54,866 bases of DNA, taken from contig NC_069008.1 of assembly GCF_001194135.2 (NCBI RefSeq), forward strand, positions 12,010,678-12,065,543, in the 5' to 3' direction. Of this stretch, positions 45,401 to 54,866 are shown piece after piece; the first letter of the stretch is position 1, and every line of letters begins with the position of its first letter. The stretch is from Octopus bimaculoides. Its lineage: Eukaryota. Under the pieces are notes generated by a model. That model made no database searches. It was given only the letters and a program-made list of their open reading frames with translations, and was not told where the DNA came from. The position numbers and the translations under genes are program-made.

Positions 45401-47753
45401 CATTTGCTGTTCAGTTATTACTGAAAATAATCTGATTGCAGGATACGACATTAACAATAAAAACATCAAGATATTAACATTTGATGGTCAATTTCTGGAC
45501 TCTGTCAAGCTGAATGGTAATGATGTTAAAATGTGTCGATGGCAGTCAAACACACTGGTCATTACAACTGATGATGACAAACATGAATTATTGACACTAA
45601 AAGTGGAATTTCCATTGTTACTGGTGAATTACCAAACGAGAAATAAATATCAATGTGTTGCTTGTTTGTCTGACAATCTACTGGTGTGTAGTACATGTAG
45701 CGATAAACTCAGTTTGTATATCACCAGTATTGATGAAATGCATTCAGCTGTGAATGTACTACAACAAATTAATATACCTGAGGCATTAACGCAGGAGACC
45801 AATGTTAATTACATTTATTACATCTGTGATATTATAGTTACAGCTAATGATGTCATCATTGTCAACAATAAAAGATTCATAATTTTCTTCAACAGTGATG
45901 GTCAATATTTACATTCAGTTAGACACTATATGCAGCATACCAGTTATTATAACAGGATGACGAGTGATGACAGCTTTTTGTACATTAATAGTCAGTGGGA
46001 AAGATCTAGTGGCCTCTACAATCAATATGATAAGATAGTATGCTTCAACCAGACTGGTGAATACAACCGGATATTTTTAAAGAGAATTTATAAATATGAA
46101 ACAGATATTTCCAACATGAACTGTAAAGGACCAACATTTATTGGAAGCCATTGGAGTAGCAATTGTAATAAACTCTATGTTGAAGGTCTGTTTAGGTTTA
46201 ATCGGGAAAGATTCTCTGTTTCTCGTTTACAAACAGACGAATTTCCTGTTCAAGTAAAAGATTTTGATATTTCTGATGAAGGAAAGACAGTTGTATGTGA
46301 AAAAGCCAATAATGGAAATGTTAAAATATTTGATGAGGATGGGGAGTTGCTATGTTGCAGAAATGTTGGAAGTTTAGTTGGTGGTGTGTGTTTTACACAA
46401 GAAGGAGACATAATGGTCACAGTTCCTAAAAGACAAGAAGTATTTCAACTGAAGAAACAAGATTTGAAGAAATATAAAACTTGGGAAAGTCAAGTACCCT
46501 ATTTAGTAATATGGAGAAAAGTGGGAAATATTTACTGGTGTGTACATATTAACTTGATTGACTGTGATGGTATAAAGATTGATGGGGACCAAGTGAACAT
46601 TCTGGAATCTGTGTCGTTATTAAATCTTGATTCTGATTTTCATTTCCCTTCCATGACATCTCAAATGAACAAGGAAATATTCACTAGTGAATTAATTAAT
46701 AAAGTGAAATACACTGGAGGAGATGAAGGAGGAGTAAGAAGAGGTAAATCAGGTGAAATAATTGGTCACGGTAGATTAAAGGTAAGATGTGGTAATTTCA
46801 TGGCAGTGAGTATGCGAGGAATTGATGAAATATCAGTGAGGAGACTGCCACATAGAACAGCAATGATCCCTCTTTCTATTCCTACATGTGTTGAACCTGT
46901 TAATTATGATGATAATAGAGACTACAACAGCAAACTAATTAAGTTAGATGACGATGTCTATGTGTTGCTGTTTAGAGACACTGTCACATTAATCAGTACA
47001 ACAACAGGTGACATACTTCAACATAAACAATTACCACAACAACCACTAGGTATATGTCGATGGACGGATCAATGTTTCATAGTCATCTTTGGTAAAGAAA
47101 TGGTGGTCTTCAATAGAGATCTTTGTCATTTAAAAACCATCAACACTGAGAAATACTACAACAGAATTTATAAATACAACGTCAATCAACTTGTGTGTGG
47201 TGGTCATTATGTTAAAGGCAGAAATGAAGGTGGAAAATATAACTATTGTTATTATGTAGATATAGTCGATATTGATGGCAGAAGATGTAAATACAGTCGG
47301 GAAGTGTGTTCTGGGGAGGTGAAGGTAGAGGAAGAGGTGGTAGTGATGTTTGATTTAGCAGTGACATCTGATGGTAATATTATCATTGGGAAGTGGGAAA
47401 GCGAGGAATTGGAGCAACGGAATAATGATGGTCACTATGAAATCTTCTGGTACAAGGAACATTTGGTCAGAAGTATAAAAGTACCGAGATATGCAAATTA
47501 TTATATTCACAAGCCTTATCTAACCACACATCATGAATGTATTTATACAACAGATGCAGATAACAATATTTACGAAATCCCTGGACATATTGAATACCAA
47601 ACATCCAAAGATCTTGAAAAATATTTACTCCTCAGGGGTGAAGATAATGAAGTCTATAAAGTTCTTGGCTTTGACATTTCAGACAATTCTTTTATGGTTT
47701 TTGGAATAATCCCAGGACGTCATTCTTTTGCTTTCTTTCATTATGACAAATAA
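42404..47753 (+). CDS. Large (~1760 aa nominal) apparently single-coding-exon protein: basic N-terminus, helical region, 5-6 tandem NHL-like beta-propeller modules; function unknown
   Basis: Acceptor ttatAG at 42395-42396, ATG at 42404, open to the gap at 43074. Open again from 43949. The 45-nt sequence 44522-44566 is repeated at 44577-44621 across 10 N. Removing 55 nt joins track ORFs 42362 and 44514 into 1249 stop-free codons ending TAA 47751-47753. Repeated motifs: DICRWDSN / KMCRWQSN / GVCFTQEG / GICRWTDQ and Y-x2-[IV]-x7-[LI]VC-like. Confidence 0.85.
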
Positions 47754-47939
47754 ATATTTTCATAAATATTTGTTGTTGTTGTTACTGGGCACACTTTGGA
47801 ATTGATCTACGCTGCTCACACTGCATTCTACACTAACAATTACAGTTGTAACATTCTTCAAGACACGCACATACACGCACGCACTACCTCTCTCTCTTCT
47901 TTCCTCTTCTCTGTTCTCTTTCCTTCTTCCTCTCTTGCC

Positions 47940-48718
47940 TTTCTCTTCTTCTTCTTCTTCTTCTTCTTCTTCTTCTTCTTCTTCTTCTTCTTCTTCTTCT
48001 TCTTCTTCTTCTCTGTCTTCTCTTTCTCTCTCTGTGTCTTCTCTCTCTCTCTGTCTTCTCTCTCCCTCTCTCTCTGTCTTCTCTCTCTGTCTTCTCTCTC
48101 TCTGTCTTCTCTCTCTCTGTCTTCTCTCTCTCTCTGTCTNNNNNNNNNNNNNNNNNNNNNNNNNNNNNNNNNNNNNNNNNNNNNNNNNNNNNNNNNNNNN
48201 NNNNNNNNNNNNNNNNNNNNNNNNNNNNNNNNNNNNNNNNNNNNNNNNNNNNNNNNNNNNNNNNNNNNNNNNNNNNNNNNNNNNNNNNNNNNNNNNNNNN
48301 NNNNNNNNNNNNNNNNNNNNNNNNNNNNNNNNNNNNNNNNNNNNNNNNNNNNNNNNNNNNNNNNNNNNNNNNNNNNNNNNNNNNNNNNNNNNNNNNNNNN
48401 NNNNNNNNNNNNNNNNNNNNNNNNNNNNNNNNNNNNNNNNNNNNNNNNNNNNNNNNNNNNNNNNNNNNNNNNNNNNNNNNNNNNNNNNNNNNNNNNNNNN
48501 NNNNNNNNNNNNNNNNNNNNNNNNNNNNNNNNNNNNNNNNNNNNNNNNNNNNNNNNNNNNNNNNNNNNNNNNNNNNNNNNNNNNNNNNNNNNNNNNNNNN
48601 NNNNNNNNNNNNNNNNNNNNNNNNNNNNNNNNNNNNNNNNNNNNNNNNNTCTCTCTCTCTCTCTCTCTGTCTTCTCTCTCTCTCTCTCTCTGTCTTCTCT
48701 CTCTCTCTCTCTCTCTCA
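47940..48718. repeat. (TCT)n and (CT)n / CTCTGTCTT simple repeats around a 510-N gap
   Basis: Direct reading. Confidence 0.95.
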
Positions 48719-48769
48719 TGGGTGGTTCGTCAAACTCTAAAGCCAAAGACAAATGTAACTTTTCATCTC

Positions 48770-48920
48770 TACATACATATAGTTTTCGCCTACCAGATCC
48801 ACTCACGAGATTTGGTCGGCCTGAGGGTATAATAGAAGACACTTGCTCAAGGTGTCACACAGTGGGACTGAACCATGTGGTTGTGAAGCAAGCTTCTTAC
48901 CACATAGCCACGCCTGTACT
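48770..48920 (-). mobile_element. SINE family A head half (diverged)
   Basis: ctaccagatccactcac..gaagacacttgctcaagg..agcttcttaccacatagcc. Confidence 0.75.
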
Positions 48921-49280
48921 TGAAGTTCATTGCACAACTTAGCTAACCTTAAAAAGTGATGTGAAGTGCACTGCTAACACAGTAGAACAGGTATTGGCTT
49001 ATAAAAACGTTTAATATACTTTATAGTATATTTTGGTCATAACGAAATACCATATCCCTACAAGTCACTAATATTTACTTATCATCTTCCACGAATGTGT
49101 TTAATATGTAAAAGTGGTATATTCAATAATGTTACATACACATACTCCCAAAATATGTACACGCATACACTCCAAAATGCGTCCACATACATACCTAGAT
49201 ACATATTGCCAAAATAACCTGAAATACATGAGGAAATATACACGCGCACTGATGCATCTCAATACACACACCTGTATATA

Positions 49281-50545
49281 TTGGGTTGGCAACTAAGTTC
49301 CCGCCGTTTTTTTAAATTAAAATTTTTTTTAAAGGTTTAATAAAAAATAACAACTAATTAATCAATAATGTATTCACCCTTATTGTTTACAACTTCTTCC
49401 CAACGTTCAACAAGATTTTCAATATCTCATTGGTAGAAATCACCCGATTTCGACTAGAAAAATTGATCCAACCAAGCTCTCAATTCTGCATCAGTATTGA
49501 ACGAAACTCCACGCATAGCATTTGAAAGAGATCGAAAGAGGTGGAAATCCGTTGGTGCCAAATCAGGAGAGTACGGCGGGTGTGGCAGCACTTACCAGCC
49601 ATGCGTTTGAATGGCCTCCTTGGTCATATTGGCGATATGAGGGCAGGCGTTGTCGTGCAGCCGAAGAACTCCATGCTGCCAATTAGGTCTTTTCTTTTGA
49701 ATAGCCGTGTTGAGTCGTTCCATCAGTTGAACATAGAGTTCCGCGTTGACCGTTTGGTTCCGTTCAAGCAATTCGTAATGGATAATCNNNNNNNNNNNNN
49801 NNNNNNNNNNNNNNNNNNNNNNNNNNNNNNNNNNNNNNNNNNNNNNNNNNNNNNNNNNNNNNNNNNNNNNNNNNNNNNNNNNNNNNNNNNNNNNNNNNNN
49901 NNNNNNNNNNNNNNNNNNNNNNNNNNNNNNNNNNNNNNNNNNNNNNNNNNNNNNNNNNNNNNNNNNNNNNNNNNNNNNNNNNNNNNNNNNNNNNNNNNNN
50001 NNNNNNNNNNNNNNNNNNNNNNNNNNNNNNNNNNNNNNNNNNNNNNNNNNNNNNNNNNNNNNNNNNNNNNNNNNNNNNNNNNNNNNNNNNNNNNNNNNNN
50101 NNNNNNNNNNNNNNNNNNNNNNNNNNNNNNNNNNNNNNNNNNNNNNNNNNNNNNNNNNNNNNNNNNNNNNNNNNNNNNNNNNNNNNNNNNNNNNNNNNNN
50201 NNNNNNNNNNNNNNNNNNNNNNNNNNNNNNNNNNNNNNNNNNNNNNNNNNNNNNNNNNNNNNNNNNNNNNNNNNNNNNNNNNNNNNNNNNNNNNNNNNNN
50301 NNNNNNNNNNNNNNNNNNNNNNGTGTCGACAATGCTCGTTTTTCTTAACTTGACATTCCACTTTAATGATCTGAAAATAAACAAAAATTAACTAAAATTA
50401 ACTAGAAAAAAAATAAAATAAAAAGCAAAATAGATTCCAAAATGATTCAAAAATAGAATTCTTAAAAAAAATAAATTCCAAAATTTAAAAACGCAATAAA
50501 TTCCAAAATTTAAAAAAAACGGCGGGAACTTAGTTGCCAACCCAA
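49281..50545 (-). mobile_element. Full-length mariner (Tc1/mariner, DD34D) element with inactivated transposase (about 49358-50361)
   Basis: Matching TIRs TTGGGTTGGCAACTAAGTTCCCGCCGTTTTTTT at both ends, TA context. MECQVKKNEHCRH..HDNACPH..GW*VLPHPPYSPDLAPTD with exactly 34 residues between the Asp residues. At least 3 in-frame stops; 535-N gap. Confidence 0.92.
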
Positions 50546-50789
50546 CATATGGTATATATACGTCCCTACACAACTACATATAAAAAACAATACGAGGGTA
50601 TGAAGGAGCCACAAAACAAGCAGACAAACACACATACAATCTGGGTGACACGTACGTGCGTGCACACATGGGCACGCAAATGTATACTTAAACCTGAGTA
50701 TAGTTAAAACATTCATTCGTATCTAAGCAGAGATGCACGCACGCGCGCGCGCACACACACACACACACACATATGTACAGTGGTTGACA

Positions 50790-50975
50790 GCTATTTGTAC
50801 CATGAATATACAAATAACTGTCATCAATAGTCATATTGTTATAACCAAAATAATCCAAATAGTGTCCCACTGAATGTAAATATTGACCATCACTATTGAG
50901 GGAAATGATGAATATGTATTTTCCGACTGGTAAATTAGCGTCGACAGTGGAAATTCCATCTTTAATGGCAACAGT
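50790..50975 (-). pseudogene. Paralog fragment 2 of the multi-propeller gene (middle of module C)
   Basis: TVAIKDGISTVD..KYIFIISLNSDGQYLHSVGHYLDYFGYNNMTIDDSYLYIH vs gene IVTANDVIIVNNKRFIIFFNSDGQYLHSVRHYMQHTSYYNRMTSDDSFLYIN. The nucleotide run agtgatggtcaatatttacattcagt is identical. Confidence 0.85.
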
Positions 50976-51597
50976 TAGTTTTTATTGTGCAGCGAGAATC
51001 AGTCCTTCAATTTCAACTTTTAATCCAGAGCTTTTGAGCCGTCGTTGGTTTAAAAGCTGACCTGTTCTCAGTCAAGCCTTGCAGAGTATTGGCCATAGAG
51101 TGATTTTTCACTCCATTTCTTCTTTGGTATTTTGTAAATCCTGTTTCCATGTTTTTTTTTGTTGTTGTCACTTTGACCATTTCTGCCATGTCATCTGAGG
51201 CCAGTGTGCCAGTGTAGCTTGTTTCTGTTTTGTATTATGTCACCTCCTTGTGTGTATATAGAGAAAAGCGTTTTCTTTTTCTCATGTTGCTTTACTGCAT
51301 GCAGTAGTCTTCCACTCTTTGTTTCTAAGTACTTTCCTAGTCCAACTGTTGGCATTTTATACTAGTTCTCTATATCAGGTCACGGCCTCCTTCTGAATGG
51401 GGTAGATATATTCTGTCTGCGTCTGATTTGTGGTGGTGATTTTGGTACTCTGTTAGTTCTTTTCTAGTTTTTCTATCTAGGTTTCCCAATTCACCGGTCT
51501 GTTATGTTAAAGCTATAATTCTTTGACTGGTATGGCTTGCGTGTTTGTCTCTATTATCTGTTTTTTAGCATTAAGTTCAGTGTTTAATATTAGCGTT
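50976..51597 (-). mobile_element. R4/Dong-clade (RLE-type) non-LTR retrotransposon fragment, decayed
   Basis: LILNTELNAKKQIIETNTQAIPV, LDRKTRKELT..HHKSDADRIYLPHSEGGRDL, WSEKSLYGQY, RLKSSGLKVEIEGLILAAQ. Confidence 0.8.
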
Positions 51598-51646
51598 TAT
51601 TATTATTGCTATTGTTGTTGTTGTTGATTTTGCTGCAATTAAAATG

Positions 51647-51773
51647 AAGGGGCAGATCTGGTACCCTAAACAAAATGCTTAGTAGCATTTTCTCTGGTTT
51701 TAGGTCCTGTGTTCAAATCCTGCCGAGGGCAACTTTGCATTTCAAACTTTCGGGGTCAATAAAATAAGTACAC
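51647..51773 (+). mobile_element. SINE family B, partial
   Basis: caaaatgcttag..gttcaaatcctgccgagg.caactttgc..ttcggggtcaataaaataagtac. Confidence 0.7.
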
Positions 51774-51789
51774 AACTGGTAGAATGTTT

Positions 51790-52652
51790 AAGAGAAAAAT
51801 TTATTTATATGTTAACTTGTGTGTCTGTGTGTGCGAATATAAACAGGCCGTCATGTATACAATCTGTATGTGTAAAACATAGATGTATGCGTGTGCGATA
51901 AGTACAGAGCATAGAAAGATGTCTATAAAGACGTTAGAAGAATGTTCAGACACTAGGATGATAAATACCAGTTCGTAGTCAAGGTACACAGTAGTTGAAG
52001 TGCTGTATCAAGAAGCTGTAGCGGCAATGCAGAGCCGGGAAGAGGCACATGTCGTGTAAGAAGTCGTGGCTTCAATGCTGCTGCCGGTTACTTGTTACAG
52101 AAGGTTGTCGCAGGTTGTATTTGCTGTTAACCATGGTGAAGTAATTCACAAACATTGTAGAGATAGAACTTGTACGAGCGTTGCTGATTGGTGTGTACGT
52201 AGAGAAATGATGTTGACGCTAAGAAGCTGGAGGCGACGAAGATGGAGGTCCTAAATGCTTGCTGCTGGACGAAGTGTTGATGAGTCTCCATGTGGCTGCT
52301 GTTGTGTCGTCGCTGGAACTGGTTGTGTGCTCTGTGGTCAGTGGCTAGACCCCAGAAGGTCTGGAGCCGACGACATATGGAACGGTAAGAAACTGGCTTT
52401 TATAACATTCTGTCGGCTCACCAGAAGTTTAGAAAATACTGTCTCACGTGACCTCATCTGAAGGCTGCGATTGATTGGGTTGTATTTTGGTGCGCAATTG
52501 AACAAGAGACTTACTGTGCCAATACCAACCAATCAGAGTGGTGGACACAACAGTGTCCAAAGGTGCGGCCGAAGGCTAGCTGTTATCCACTACGTCCGTA
52601 TTTATGTATATATAACAGAGAGAGAAAAGTTTCCCTTAAGGCGTACGCTACA
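51790..52652 (-). mobile_element. Diverged third member of the solo-LTR family (left boundary uncertain)
   Basis: Shares catggtgaag.aa..cacaaaca, tgttgacgct, gtcgtcgctggaactgg and ctcacgtgacct with 25450-26100, and ends in ctaca. Confidence 0.55.
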
Positions 52653-52774
52653 CATCCTTTGTTGAAGAAAGTAAAACTTGGGTAAAACCAGTGTATAAAT
52701 CACTCCTCTCAATACACGTATGTGTGTGTTTATAAATGTACGGATATGTAAGTGTCTATATGTACATACGTATG

Positions 52775-52910
52775 AATATACAAATGTATGTATGTACACA
52801 TGTACATATTTATATTCATACACACACACGCGCACACACAAACATACATACATACACACACATGCATACATACATACATACATACATACATACATACACA
52901 CACACATATG
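52775..52910. repeat. (CA)n/(CATA)n microsatellite
   Basis: Direct reading. Confidence 0.9.
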
Positions 52911-54834
52911 TATTGGCTTCGTGCAGGCATGGCGTGGATTCGATCCTCTATCGCCAAATTTCGCTTAACAGTTCAACAGCACTTTTCCCTACAGAGAAAA
53001 CAATGGTTGACAGCAAGTTACATTTAGTATATGGCTTTGCTAAGCCGATTTGTCTTTGCCACTTGACGCTTCTAACCTCTTCTAGGCCATGAAAAGTTAG
53101 AATTGAGATAACAGACCCCCCCCNNNNNNNNNNNNNNNNNNNNNNNNNNNNNNNNNNNNNNNNNNNNNNNNNNNNNNNNNNNNNNNNNNNNNNNNNNNNN
53201 NNNNNNNNNNNNNNNNNNNNNNNNNNNNNNNNNNNNNNNNNNNNNNNNNNNNNNNNNNNNNNNNNNNNNNNNNNNNNNNNNNNNNNNNNNNNNNNNNNNN
53301 NNNNNNNNNNNNNNNNNNNNNNNNNNNNNNNNNNNNNNNNNNNNNNNNNNNNNNNNNNNNNNNNNNNNNNNNNNNNNNNNNNNNNNNNNNNNNNNNNNNN
53401 NNNNNNNNNNNNNNNNNNNNNNNNNNNNNNNNNNNNNNNNNNNNNNNNNNNNNNNNNNNNNNNNNNNNNNNNNNNNNNNNNNNNNNNNNNNNNNNNNNNN
53501 NNNNNNNNNNNNNNNNNNNNNNNNNNNNNNNNNNNNNNNNNNNNNNNNNNNNNNNNNNNNNNNNNNNNNNNNNNNNNNNNNNNNNNNNNNNNNNNNNNNN
53601 NNNNNNNNNNNNNNNNNNNNNNNNNNNNNNNNNNNNNNNNNNNNNNNNNNNNNNNNNNNNNNNNNNNNNNNNNNNNNNNNNNNNNNNNNNNNNNNNNNNN
53701 NNNNNNNNNNNNNNNNNNNNNNNNNNNNNNNNNNNNNNNNNNNNNNNNNNNNNNNNNNNNNNNNNNNNNNNNNNNNNNNNNNNNNNNNNNNNNNNNNNNN
53801 NNNNNNNNNNNNNNNNNNNNNNNNNNNNNNNNNNNNNNNNNNNNNNNNNNNNNNNNNNNNNNNNNNNNNNNNNNNNNNNNNNNNNNNNNNNNNNNNNNNN
53901 NNNNNNNNNNNNNNNNNNNNNNNNNNNNNNNNNNNNNNNNNNNNNNNNNNNNNNNNNNNNNNNNNNNNNNNNNNNNNNNNNNNTAAATCATCGTGCAAAC
54001 TTTAAATTCATTTCGATTTCATTGTACTGTGTAAATTCAACCGATTTCATTATATTCGATTTTTTTAACTACTGTATAACCCCTGCCATATGATGAATTA
54101 GTATTTAAGTGCTCAATATGTATAAATATTAAACTATTTCTGAATAATTTTCTTTTCCTCCCTCTATTGTGGTAAAAGTTTGGTATATACTGAAAAGTAT
54201 CCATAAATTTCTCTCCTTTTGTTAATATATTCTTCTTAATAACCCTCTGAATAGCCATAAACTTTATCTGTATACAATATAACAACATTGTTTTAAAACA
54301 TTTACCTATAGTACTACATGATAAGACTTCCCCTGTTTCATTATCAATGATCTGCTAGTGGGGACCTCCTTAGCTGTCAGCCAACATCTTGTTTTAAGTT
54401 TTCCTTTACCAAACCTCATGATTTTATGACTATACCAGCTATGATTTCTATCTACTCTCTCATCCCTACCCCTAACAGATGATACCCTTTATTCGCTCAA
54501 GCCTTAGATATGCAAGGATTGATAAACTAGTCTATAAATTAAAACTAAAAAACAAATAAAATCAGTGACAGGCAGAGTCTTCTTGATATTTTATTTATTA
54601 ACTTCTATGTTGTAGTAAAAGCAACATGTTCTTTGTCTATCTCCTTAACCTCTTGGAGATTTTAGGTATAATTATACTAATGTGTCCATCTGTTCTAATT
54701 TAATTAAATTCTATGTCTTTGTGCAGCTGAGGATTGCTCTGCATTTAAAATTGATGTAATGATTACACTGTTCAAATAAATGGAGTTGTATGAAACGATC
54801 GTACTGCATTACCTCTGGATATCCTTGTTGCTTA

Positions 54835-54839
<5 letters not shown>

Positions 54840-54866
<27 letters not shown>
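54840..54866. repeat. (TA)n microsatellite
   Basis: Direct reading. Confidence 0.95.

Noticed and set aside
52915-53123. Minus-strand peptide GGSVISILTFHGLEEVRSVKWQRQIGLAKP next to a gap
   Set aside because: Too short and unrecognised; it runs into N.
3120-53998. Long track ORFs containing X runs (e.g. 11305-12072, 24294-25247, 35020-35925, 47760-48942, 52948-53998)
   Set aside because: They are artefacts of N gaps (3571-3832, 11447-12011, 24435-25179, 34059-34693, 35232-35578, 48140-48649, 49788-50322, 53124-53983) and microsatellites. Only those with real motifs in the sequenced parts were kept.
1-54866. CRISPR arrays, rRNA genes, prokaryotic operons or terminators
   Set aside because: None seen. 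The window is eukaryotic and its periodic repeats are zinc-finger units or microsatellites.

Overview
AT-rich, gappy eukaryotic genomic DNA. About 5.4 kb is N, in ten gaps. The effector-less tandem C2H2 zinc-finger genes, SINE/RTE/mariner families and microsatellite load suggest an octopus draft assembly (inference). The left two-thirds is a C2H2-ZNF cluster: three plus-strand genes with 14, 10 and 10 intact fingers, eroded finger relics around two of them, and a minus-strand ZNF pseudogene. These lie among nested transposons: a Chapaev3-like transposase interrupted by a foldback DNA element, TA-microsatellite-inserted solo LTRs, a Gypsy pol relic, RTE LINEs (one with an embedded PHD-type finger), TTAA MITEs and several SINE families. 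The most interesting feature is at 42404-47753. The ORF track splits it only because of an unmerged 45-nt contig overlap. After correction it is one apparently single-coding-exon ORF of roughly 1760 aa, assuming the 875-N gap is coding and correctly sized. It has a basic NLS-like N-terminus, a helical segment, and five visible (probably six) tandem ~220-285 aa NHL-like beta-propeller modules. Two minus-strand pseudogenic paralog fragments flank it (36046-36722 and 50790-50975). They abut almost codon-for-codon but lie in permuted order, and one shows a sharp step in identity. A decayed full-length mariner and an R4/Dong-type retroelement fragment lie at the right end. All family assignments come from motif recognition by eye, not from database searches.
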